A DNA stretch of 8,473 bases from a virus (lineage: Duplodnaviria > Heunggongvirae > Uroviricota > Caudoviricetes), in IMG/VR virus record IMGVR_UViG_2579778666_000005. One strand, given 5' to 3'. The notes beneath the pieces were generated by a model. It was not told the origin of the DNA. It ran no database searches and worked only from the letters and a program-made list of their open reading frames with translations. The translations under genes were made by a program, and so were the position numbers. Below are positions 1 to 7,196 of the stretch, piece after piece (the stretch's first letter is position 1; every line of letters begins with the position of its first letter).

Positions 1-1
1 G

Positions 2-19
2 TAATGCCAGTCAGTTAAG
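2..19. repeat. IS4 terminal inverted repeat (end distal to the transposase start)
   Basis: taatgccagtcagttaag; matches the reverse complement of 1410..1427 (taatgccgatcagttaag) at 16 of 18 positions. Confidence 0.85.
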
Positions 20-1343
20 CAACTGACTGGCTCTTTTTCGGGGCTGTGGGGTATTTCCAGGGCCTCTCCTTTACCACTCTCGGGAAGGCCCTTTCCCTTC
101 TTGTCGGTAATTTCACAAGTTGTCCCATACTTGCAAGATCGCGCATCAGCTCCGGTATACGTCCCGGTGAAGCGCCCTGCAATGTCATCAGCATTCTCAT
201 CACCATTCCGCATGATTCTGAGAAACTCAGTTGATTCGGCCAGTAACCTTTCAGATGTTCCGCCATTTTAATCATCTGATATCTCACCAGATTATAAGCC
301 AGTAAGACACCCCACAGCTCTTGCTCCACAAGCTCCGGCTTTTTACTTCTCAGCGTCAGCCTGCTCCGTTGCATCGTCTGTTTTATCTCCCTGTATCCCA
401 GTTCGATTTCCCAGCGATGACTGTACAGATCCCCCATTTCTCCTCCGGGGAAGCGCATGGCGTCCGTCATCGACGTCAGCAGATGGCAGACTTTTCCTTT
501 GCGCGTCACGGTCAGCAGGCGGGCAGTCACTTCATTTCCCAGTCCCGGCCACTTTTTTCGTGCCTGCGGGCTGGTTTTCAGCTTCACCAGATGATCGCCT
601 TTACCCAGTTTTCTGATCTCTTCATATTGCGCTCCCTTTCTGAGAGGTATCATCCAGTGGCGGTGTTCTCCCGCCAGGCTCCAGGCATTTAACAGTCCCA
701 GTGAGTAATAACCTTTGTCCATTAACGTCAGAGTGTTATCGCCGGTTTGTTCTATAAGTTGCTCAGCAAGCTCATTTTCGCTGTTCTTCATCGTGCCGAA
801 GGCTGCAGCCGTCAGCAGATGGCTGGTCAGTTCCATCTGGCAGACCATTTTGACCTGCGGGTAGAGCGCCGGGTTCCCGGCATGTGTCTGGCGGGGGAAG
901 GCTGCATCGTTCTCTGGTGTATCCGGTGTGCGCCAGAACACACCATCGATGGCCAGCAGGGTCAGGCCGCACCAGTGCGGATGCGGCGTGGCGTTATGCC
1001 AGAGCTGCGCTGTTTTCGTGAACACGCGGCGGACAGCCTCACTTCCCAGGCGCTGGCGGGCCTGAATAACGGCACTGGGGGCAACGAAGGGGCGATTGCC
1101 CGGCAGCATGATGTCCAGGCGATTCACAATCTGGTGAAGAGGTTCTTTACGCTCAAGCGCCATGCCAACAATACACCAGACCATCATTTCGAGGGGAAGA
1201 CGGCGCTTGCGTAGCGTTACAGTACCTGATTCGGCAAGGCAACGAGAGATGAGTTCGGGGTCGAGGTAATCCCCCAGAGAAGTCAGTGGGTTACGCAGAG
1301 AATCGTAACGGGATACCAGATCAAGAGCCTGTCCAATGTGCAT
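15..1343 (-). CDS. insG: IS4 transposase (DDE family), 442 aa
   Basis: The track ORF 15..1361 begins at a TTG. The first ATG is 6 codons in (1341..1343) and gives [40 protein letters not shown]..., which is the IS4 InsG N-terminus as I recall it. Resulting length is 442 aa. Confidence 0.92.
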   Translation of the reverse strand: MHIGQALDLVSRYDSLRNPLTSLGDYLDPELISRCLAESGTVTLRKRRLPLEMMVWCIVGMALERKEPLHQIVNRLDIMLPGNRPFVAPSAVIQARQRLGSEAVRRVFTKTAQLWHNATPHPHWCGLTLLAIDGVFWRTPDTPENDAAFPRQTHAGNPALYPQVKMVCQMELTSHLLTAAAFGTMKNSENELAEQLIEQTGDNTLTLMDKGYYSLGLLNAWSLAGEHRHWMIPLRKGAQYEEIRKLGKGDHLVKLKTSPQARKKWPGLGNEVTARLLTVTRKGKVCHLLTSMTDAMRFPGGEMGDLYSHRWEIELGYREIKQTMQRSRLTLRSKKPELVEQELWGVLLAYNLVRYQMIKMAEHLKGYWPNQLSFSESCGMVMRMLMTLQGASPGRIPELMRDLASMGQLVKLPTRRERAFPRVVKERPWKYPTAPKKSQSVA

Positions 1344-1409
1344 AAAAAAATCCGGAAACAAGTGAGCGTTTCCGGATTCTTACACAGCCACTGGATCGGT
1401 CAACTGATC

Positions 1410-1427
1410 CTTAACTGATCGGCATTA
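1410..1427. repeat. IS4 terminal inverted repeat (end proximal to the transposase start)
   Basis: Reverse complement taatgccgatcagttaag pairs with 2..19 (16/18). Confidence 0.85.
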
Positions 1428-1461
1428 CCTTCAAAGAGGCGGTTTATGTTATCCCATTGGA

Positions 1462-3105
1462 TTAAGATCTACATTCAACTAAAAGGTACACTAATGGACG
1501 TTCTGGCGTCCCATTCTTCTTTGCAACAAAAGCAGATATTTTGTGTTTTGCTATTTTTTGCTTGAGTTTTTTACATAACACTTTGTTTATATAACCAAGT
1601 TTCCCGCTCTCATGAACAACAGCTATAGCATGTGGATCAACCGGGTTATCCTCTTCAGGAACAAGCTTGACCAAATCACCGACCATTACTTTCGACAAAT
1701 CAAGCCCTTCCTGATAACGAGTTCCTGCCACTTCAAAAAGAAGCTCACCTTCACTATTAAGAATTTCTGGATCTGGCACCAAACAAAAACCATCGCCAGG
1801 TGATTTTGCTCCTGTATATCCTAACAGCGCAAAATCAGAGCCTTCAAATGGATGGGGGAGCAAATGTTGAGCCAGATACTCAGCAAAGTCTTTTCTTTTC
1901 CGTGGTGGTAAACGCCGAACAAACGGGTCAAGCACGTTGTTCGTATGTTCTTCACTTTTCAGACTAAATGCGGGATGTCCTGCAAACCCTTTCTCTTGGG
2001 CTTTAGCATAATCTTCTGACTGAAAATGGTATGTGAAGACGTAGTTATCCCCTTGCTGACGATCAATCTGACCAACAACATAACGAGTACCGCCTGTGGG
2101 TGGCTGCCATGTAAGAAGCAACCGAGTAGGCTCCATTATTCTGTTTATAGTACGCATATTTAGAATCAGTGATAACCTTAGGTATCTACGCCTCAATAAA
2201 CGAATCGTCCAATCCGCTCGTTCCCTAGTGAACGGCACATCGGAGCTAATTTCGCAAAGTGAATCTATCTTGTCGACCAGTTCCTGAAAATCAAATTCAA
2301 GTCTCCGGGCCAAGTACGCTTTTGACTGCTCATCAAGAGCCAAATCCTGTATAGAAGAAATATGACCTAATCGTTCATGCGTGTCTGCCCGATTCTTCCG
2401 CAAATGATGACAACCACGCTGTATGTATTCATCTACATTTTGATGGTTCCATCCTCTGATCCTCTCTACATACCTTTCATGCCCCAAACTAGTACCATTA
2501 TCGAAATATGGTGCGAGATATCCCTTCACTTTAGGTGGCGTTATGCCTGGTGCAGATTCAGGTACAAAAACAAAACCCCAATTCTCTTGGTGTCTATCAC
2601 TATTACCGATGAGCGCATCAAAAAGCAGCATATCGTAAAGCCATTGGATCCAGTCTGGAGAGATCAGGCCGCGGATACTAAAAGCCCTACAAATTAAGCG
2701 TAGATCAACAAGGTTATGGTGTCTTCCGGAAGAGTCATCAAAATCCGATATCAACACATGAAAAAAATCAGACGCATGAACAAATAACTGGCTACTTTGA
2801 TCGTAAAACCACTCAAGCAAAGCTCCATATTCGTATTCACCGTTCTCCATCATTCTTCGCGCTGGCAATGCTTTAGGAACAGGAACGCCCATAACATCTC
2901 CAACTATATAAGCAACGGTTTCCATCCAGTACTGATCGGGATAAGCATCTCTTGAGAGTTTAAAAAGATAAGGCCATTCCGGTTTTATCCCCTCAGGAGC
3001 ATCATTCGGTGACCAAAGCATTTTTTTATCCCTCGCTCCTCGAGGAAAAATGCCATGCTCATCATCTTTACGCCAACTAGTTACATCTATTAAATTGATA
3101 TCCAT
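1462..3105 (-). CDS. HipA-like (PI3/4-kinase-fold) protein kinase domain fused to a C-terminal HIRAN domain, 547 aa
   Basis: ATG start at 3103..3105, TAA stop at 1462..1464. Catalytic-loop-like motif LIGNSDRHQENWGF at about residues 164-177 (GNxDxHxxN, HipA_C-like) followed by APYFDNG at about 198-204 (HipA YD-like metal-binding motif). C-terminal NPVDPHAIAVVHESGKLGYINK at about 487-508 resembles the HIRAN signature (NPxDxNAI ... G..GY). Start lies 9 nt downstream of the preceding gene's stop, so probably co-translated. Visibly AT-rich. Confidence 0.8.
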   Translation of the reverse strand: MDINLIDVTSWRKDDEHGIFPRGARDKKMLWSPNDAPEGIKPEWPYLFKLSRDAYPDQYWMETVAYIVGDVMGVPVPKALPARRMMENGEYEYGALLEWFYDQSSQLFVHASDFFHVLISDFDDSSGRHHNLVDLRLICRAFSIRGLISPDWIQWLYDMLLFDALIGNSDRHQENWGFVFVPESAPGITPPKVKGYLAPYFDNGTSLGHERYVERIRGWNHQNVDEYIQRGCHHLRKNRADTHERLGHISSIQDLALDEQSKAYLARRLEFDFQELVDKIDSLCEISSDVPFTRERADWTIRLLRRRYLRLSLILNMRTINRIMEPTRLLLTWQPPTGGTRYVVGQIDRQQGDNYVFTYHFQSEDYAKAQEKGFAGHPAFSLKSEEHTNNVLDPFVRRLPPRKRKDFAEYLAQHLLPHPFEGSDFALLGYTGAKSPGDGFCLVPDPEILNSEGELLFEVAGTRYQEGLDLSKVMVGDLVKLVPEEDNPVDPHAIAVVHESGKLGYINKVLCKKLKQKIAKHKISAFVAKKNGTPERPLVYLLVECRS

Positions 3106-3114
3106 ATCTTACGG

Positions 3115-3666
3115 TTACCCAGCTAATGCACGGAAAGCAGCACTAACATAAGCTACCTGAAACTTTGCATCTCGAAGCGCATGATGCGCATCAGTAACAT
3201 TAATGGAAAAATTTGCCCTTACATCAATATTCTTAAGGCTTTTAGCTAGTTCAACGATGGTACGCACGTCTCGATCATTTCGAAAACGCCATGGGATATT
3301 TTGCGCATGTTTACGGTAAACCGCTGCCAATATAGCGTTATCAAAGCTTGCCCCATTCCCCCAAACTTGTACGTCATCGTTACTACGACTTCGTACAAAT
3401 AGAGAAAATTCTTGTAAGGCTTCATGTAAGTCAACAGCAGACGGGTCATTAAAAACCGCCCTTGCAGAATCGCTTTGTATCATCCACCACTGTAAAGTTT
3501 TTGGGTCTACAAAACTATTTTCCAATGCAGATGATAGGGTTATAACTCTATAAAACTCATCCCCACACTTGCCAGTCAGAGGCTCAAAGAACACAGCGCC
3601 GATTGAAATCAAAGGAGCATCCATTGACACACCTAATGTTTCTATATCGAGCATTAAATTATTCAT
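3115..3666 (-). CDS. DEDDh-family 3'-5' exonuclease (DnaQ/RNase T-like), 183 aa
   Basis: ATG at 3664..3666 preceded by a strong SD (ggaggttaa ATG). All three exo motifs are present: Exo I LDIETLG (D8, E10), Exo II GNGASFDNAIL (D109), Exo III HHALRDA (H161-x4-D166). Stop TAA at 3115..3117. Confidence 0.82.
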   Translation of the reverse strand: MNNLMLDIETLGVSMDAPLISIGAVFFEPLTGKCGDEFYRVITLSSALENSFVDPKTLQWWMIQSDSARAVFNDPSAVDLHEALQEFSLFVRSRSNDDVQVWGNGASFDNAILAAVYRKHAQNIPWRFRNDRDVRTIVELAKSLKNIDVRANFSINVTDAHHALRDAKFQVAYVSAAFRALAG

Positions 3667-3806
3667 TTAACCTCCACCCCAGACATAGCTCAGGGAAACG
3701 TAACCTATTGAAATAACGAATCAAGTATTTGTCACATTCTATACTAAAACATTCGAATTCCAAAACTTCAGCTTTTGCAACCCCTTACAAGTCAATTGAT
3801 CCATAA

Positions 3807-3826
3807 TACTGTATACATACACAGTA
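3807..3826. promoter_or_regulatory. LexA (SOS) box in the intergenic region between gene A and the exonuclease/kinase cassette
   Basis: tactgtatacatacacagta matches the E. coli LexA consensus TACTG(TA)5CAGTA at 18/20, with CTG and CAG separated by 10 nt. It lies about 140 nt upstream of the exonuclease ATG on the coding side. Flanking sigma70 hexamers are ambiguous: TTGACT at 3790..3795 and TAGAAT near 3737..3742 are both plausible pieces but not correctly spaced with each other. Confidence 0.7.
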
Positions 3827-3844
3827 CTACATTTGAAAAACAAA

Positions 3845-6121
3845 TCAAGGGAAATCATTAAAACCCGGCCAATCACAACAAGGCGGATAAACAAATTTTT
3901 TCATGTCATAAATAACTTCTGCCCCACGAGCCAGCGCCTCAAGCTCCCATCTCTGAGGCCTGATACCGTTCTGAGCAAGGTCAACGCGGATACGGGTGAT
4001 TTGCAATCGTTCAGACCGGGTCAGTCTGGCCGATGGTGCAATTTCATGCGGTTTTAACGGGCTTCCGTTTCTTTGCTGACGGTTTGGTCTTCTCAGGCCG
4101 TATTTTAATGCACCTCTGAGCGCCCTCACGACCTCCGGGTCATTCCATTCGATAACACCGTCATCAACCAGATTAAGCACTGCTGCGGCGTGCTCAGAAG
4201 GTTTGGGAGCCGTTAACGAAGTATCACTGCCGGTGAACTTTCCACAGTTATTGACAGGACTCCGAGGCGCGGCGATGCCGCTTTTTAAAGTCAAAGGCTC
4301 AACGACCGGAACTTTCGGCACAATGCGCCAGTCCGTCGTTCTGGTGATATGAATATGACGCGCGCCGAGATGCGGCGCGTAAATGCCGACCACTCTCTCG
4401 ACTTCTTCCTCGTACTCGTTAACGTCATCCGACGGGCTACGGGCGACTCTGACAGTCTGACAATCGCGCGGAACATTTGCCCCACCCTGCGCGCTGATAT
4501 ACAACGCAAAATCACCACTGTCTGCGGCAGCGCGAGCAGCCTCGACGCGTTCGTCAAACTCATCAGCAATACTGACGCCGCGAGGCAATTTGCGTAGTTC
4601 ACGGTAAGCCCCCATTGTCGGCAGTCCAACCGTTTTAAATTGCGGGATGCGCCACGTTGACGCCCATGCGGTAACAGCCGCGGCAGTATCTTTAAGCGGC
4701 TTACCGGTATCGTTATCGAGCTGACCATCCAGTGCATAGCCGTCGATATTTTTTGAAATGTATTTCGCGATATATCCCGCAGCACCGCCCCGGTTAAGGT
4801 GTTTTGCCTGAAAACGGTTTCGCGCGGCTCCTCTTTCGTCGCCATCCTCTTTGAGCGCATAGCGACGCATGATTTCAATAATCTGGTTACGCTGGCGTGG
4901 ATTACAAAAAAGCATCATATGCCAGTGCGGCGTTCCGTCGTGGTGTGGTTCAACAACACGCAAACCGTAGGCCTGTAAATCATTATCCTTGAATGCCGTG
5001 CGCATCAGGCTCCAGATACGGCAGAGATAACGCTGCGCATCCTTTGGATTAAATGCCTCATCATTCCAGCCGTGATTTAGCTGGACGGTTTTACTTTCGC
5101 CTTTTCTGACCTGACGTGTCGGGTGATACTTTGACGGCGCGGTCAGCGTGATAAACATCCCCACATCACCCTCTGCGGCAGCGTAACGCTCAATACCGGC
5201 GATGGTGTTCATCAGCTCCATCCGGCGAATTTCTGGATTAGAAATACTGCCCATCACCTTACTGATAAGGTCGATGCGCTCGCCGGTTTCCCTGTTTTCA
5301 AGGTCACACGATTTAAGAAATTCCAGATTTGCCTGGCGGCGCGCACGCACATCACGAATGGCATGTTTACTGGCATAAGGAGAACGGTCTTTATTGACCT
5401 CCCCGACAGCAATCAGTAACGCCTCATGCCAGCGCATACGCTGGCCTTTAAGCTGATGAGTCCACCATTCATCGTTAAACAGACGGGCAATGGCAGAATA
5501 TGCCTGCCTCGTGGTCATCTGCCCTTTACGGTATTTTTTCCAGTAGAGCGGAGAAATATTGAAAGCACGTGCAGCGCCAGCAACATGACCATAGAGGTGA
5601 GCCTGCGCCTCATCCGTAAACAGCGATTCTTTTTCGCCATGCGCATCCACCCAGGCATCGCAGAGTTCCTCATACATCATGAAAAGCTGCGATGAGATAC
5701 GGGCGGCAAACTTTTTCAGCTCCTTATCATTCATCCCCGGCAGACGCGCATAATGGTCACGCTCTGCCAGAAACAGCAACGACGCGTCGGTGTTCATTTC
5801 ATGGCGCTGATTCACACGCTCAATGCGCGGCCATAAACGACGCTGAAAAGTGGATGTGAGGAAATAAAACCCGTGCACCGGGCTTTTATTGCGCCGGATG
5901 TAGTCATAGCGTGAAGTAAACAGCGAGCGCAAAAAGTAAGGCAGGCGGTTAATCGTGGATAAAACACCTTGCACCTGACGCATCTCGTCACGTGTAAGGG
6001 GTCTTTCGCGCCCGACGGCCTCGCGTGGCGCGTTCCATGCATAAGCACCGGTAAACGTCTTACCGGTGCCTGCGGCAAATGCTGACGGAGGGACAAAACG
6101 CCCGGAGGCTTTAACGGCCAT
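3845..6121 (-). CDS. A: P2-type replication initiation endonuclease gpA (HUH rolling-circle Rep), about 758 aa
   Basis: HUH motif PHWHMMLF (codons for HWH at 4919..4927) and a double-tyrosine motif GYIAKYISK (Tyr codons at 4772..4774 and 4760..4762). N-terminus MAVKASGRFVPPSAF... from the ATG at 6119..6121 matches my recollection of P2 gpA. The track start at 6163 is a TTG that would overlap the upstream gene by more than 50 nt; I prefer the ATG. Confidence 0.88.
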   Translation of the reverse strand: MAVKASGRFVPPSAFAAGTGKTFTGAYAWNAPREAVGRERPLTRDEMRQVQGVLSTINRLPYFLRSLFTSRYDYIRRNKSPVHGFYFLTSTFQRRLWPRIERVNQRHEMNTDASLLFLAERDHYARLPGMNDKELKKFAARISSQLFMMYEELCDAWVDAHGEKESLFTDEAQAHLYGHVAGAARAFNISPLYWKKYRKGQMTTRQAYSAIARLFNDEWWTHQLKGQRMRWHEALLIAVGEVNKDRSPYASKHAIRDVRARRQANLEFLKSCDLENRETGERIDLISKVMGSISNPEIRRMELMNTIAGIERYAAAEGDVGMFITLTAPSKYHPTRQVRKGESKTVQLNHGWNDEAFNPKDAQRYLCRIWSLMRTAFKDNDLQAYGLRVVEPHHDGTPHWHMMLFCNPRQRNQIIEIMRRYALKEDGDERGAARNRFQAKHLNRGGAAGYIAKYISKNIDGYALDGQLDNDTGKPLKDTAAAVTAWASTWRIPQFKTVGLPTMGAYRELRKLPRGVSIADEFDERVEAARAAADSGDFALYISAQGGANVPRDCQTVRVARSPSDDVNEYEEEVERVVGIYAPHLGARHIHITRTTDWRIVPKVPVVEPLTLKSGIAAPRSPVNNCGKFTGSDTSLTAPKPSEHAAAVLNLVDDGVIEWNDPEVVRALRGALKYGLRRPNRQQRNGSPLKPHEIAPSARLTRSERLQITRIRVDLAQNGIRPQRWELEALARGAEVIYDMKKFVYPPCCDWPGFNDFP

Positions 6122-6386
6122 ATGAGCCAAAAGCCTCTGAACAACGCTTGCTGAGTTGCTCAACCTGCGCGTTTAAATCAGCAAAAGACTTTGCGCTTCC
6201 GGTCAGAATATCGTGATGCATCAGGCCGGAAACAAGCTGGCTTAATTTCGGGTAATAACCAACCACCGCCAGCCATTCCTGACCGGCGTTTTTACCGCTT
6301 TCCGCTCTCTTTTTCTCGTGGAGAATAAACTGGAAGCTGTCACTGGTAACGACATAACGTTCGCCAATTTCAATACGAATACTCAT
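6111..6386 (-). CDS. Small conserved early-operon protein, 91 aa; by position the P2 orf83 equivalent
   Basis: ATG start with a GGAG SD 7 nt upstream; ATGA start/stop overlap with the upstream ORF; its 3' end overlaps the gene A start. Function unknown. Confidence 0.7.
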   Translation of the reverse strand: MSIRIEIGERYVVTSDSFQFILHEKKRAESGKNAGQEWLAVVGYYPKLSQLVSGLMHHDILTGSAKSFADLNAQVEQLSKRCSEAFGSYGR

Positions 6387-6607
6387 GCCGTTCTCCGGTA
6401 ATGTTTGTTTTTTGCTTCAAAGACTGACTGACAGGAAACACAACGCGTGGCTGACGGATAAGCCGCACGACGGGCAGCAGGTATTGGCGCGTCACACTCT
6501 TCGCAAACCAGCGCAGAAGCACCGCAATGTTTACCCCTTGCCGCGTTAATCTGGCGCTCCAGTAATTCAGCCTGTTGTTCCTGAATAAAATCTACGTTGT
6601 CCGGCAT
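6383..6607 (-). CDS. TraR/DksA-family C4 zinc-finger protein, 74 aa; by position the P2 orf82 equivalent
   Basis: CxxC-x17-CxxC (CEECDAPIPAARRAAYPSATRCVSC) in a short protein with an acidic N-terminal helix; strong SD (aaggag) 7 nt upstream of the ATG. Confidence 0.75.
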   Translation of the reverse strand: MPDNVDFIQEQQAELLERQINAARGKHCGASALVCEECDAPIPAARRAAYPSATRCVSCQSVFEAKNKHYRRTA

Positions 6608-6609
6608 TA

Positions 6610-6909
6610 TCAGCTCCTTTTATCGTTAAGTTTCCTGGATACATCAGCGCAATAACTGGCGAGTTCTGTCGTTAATTTTGTCAGTTCATCCACTGAGGAA
6701 ATTTGCTTGTGGAATACAGCGCGTTTAACAAGTAAATTGACCACATCAGACAGGAGGTTTAATTCATTCTGATAAATCGCGATAACAGATTCAGTGATGT
6801 CGCGTTTTTCTTTATCAAGACAAAGTTGAATAAGAGACAAATCGCCATTTTCCATAACGGCGATTTTTAAGGCGTTATTCAGTAATACAACTGAATGAGA
6901 ACAGGACAT
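6610..6909 (-). CDS. Hypothetical early-operon protein, 99 aa; by position the P2 orf81 equivalent
   Basis: The track start at 6912 is TTG. The adjacent ATG at 6907..6909 has a GGAGG SD about 9 nt upstream and overlaps the upstream stop (TGATG). Confidence 0.65.
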   Translation of the reverse strand: MSCSHSVVLLNNALKIAVMENGDLSLIQLCLDKEKRDITESVIAIYQNELNLLSDVVNLLVKRAVFHKQISSVDELTKLTTELASYCADVSRKLNDKRS

Positions 6910-7133
6910 CAAAGTACCTCCCCACGAGACAATCCGATATTGTGAAATTTTTCCGACTCCTGACTGAGCAGCTCGACTATCTCCACGCGGGATAACTCCG
7001 CCTTTGTGATGTGGCGAATCATGGCGTCAAGATGAGAAGAAAAGCGCGTCGCAGCGTCAGCCTGTGCTTCGGTTCTGGCCTGTTGCAGCAGTAATGCGTA
7101 TTTACCGCACTGATTTTCAGAAACTGTATGCAT
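6909..7133 (-). CDS. Hypothetical early-operon protein, 74 aa; by position the P2 orf80 equivalent
   Basis: ATG at 7131..7133 with a GGAG SD 8 nt upstream; same strand and operon context. Confidence 0.65.
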   Translation of the reverse strand: MHTVSENQCGKYALLLQQARTEAQADAATRFSSHLDAMIRHITKAELSRVEIVELLSQESEKFHNIGLSRGEVL

Positions 7134-7196
7134 AATTTTCTCCAGGCAAAAAGAAGCCCCGCACGATTAAGTGCGTTTAAAACTCTGGTTAATTAT

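Larger units (their letters stand above)
2..1427 (-). mobile_element. Complete IS4 insertion sequence, in reverse orientation relative to the window
   Basis: Imperfect 18-bp terminal inverted repeats at both ends; span of 1426 bp equals the known IS4 length; single long transposase ORF whose product matches my recollection of IS4 InsG. The right-end sequence gtaatgccgatcagttaaggatcagttgaccgatccagtgg (reverse complement of 1387..1428) matches the IS4 terminus as I remember it. Confidence 0.92.

Noticed and set aside
46-1214. Plus-strand ORFs inside IS4 (46..234, 321..692, 747..1214) and a minus-strand ORF at 772..972
   Set aside because: They lie antisense to, or out of frame within, the IS4 transposase gene, whose identity is well supported; most likely spurious.
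1343-1361. Track-proposed N-terminal extension of the IS4 transposase (MFPDFF)
   Set aside because: It starts at a TTG; the downstream ATG reproduces the InsG N-terminus and length as I recall them.
1612-2697. Plus-strand ORFs 1612..1803, 2096..2287 and 2377..2697
   Set aside because: Antisense to the 547-aa kinase-HIRAN gene; low-complexity translations with no recognisable motifs or ribosome binding sites.
3246-3449. 67-aa minus-strand ORF nested in the exonuclease gene
   Set aside because: Alternative frame of a gene whose main frame carries all three DEDDh motifs; no independent support.
1462-3666. Reading the cassette as a HipBA-type toxin-antitoxin module
   Set aside because: There is no HTH HipB-like partner; the upstream gene is a nuclease and the kinase carries an extra HIRAN domain. 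A toxin-like mode of action is still possible but it is not a canonical HipBA locus.
3833-6144. ORFs overlapping gene A (3833..4057+, 4291..4878-, 4349..4597+, 5426..5695+, 5812..6144-)
   Set aside because: All fall inside the gene A coding region in other frames or antisense; gene A is supported by HUH and tyrosine motifs, so these are frame artefacts expected in GC-rich sequence.
7160-7175. Inverted repeat cgcac-gattaa-gtgcg between B and the next ORF as a possible terminator
   Set aside because: Only a 5-bp stem and no U-run following on the coding strand; at most a weak pause element.
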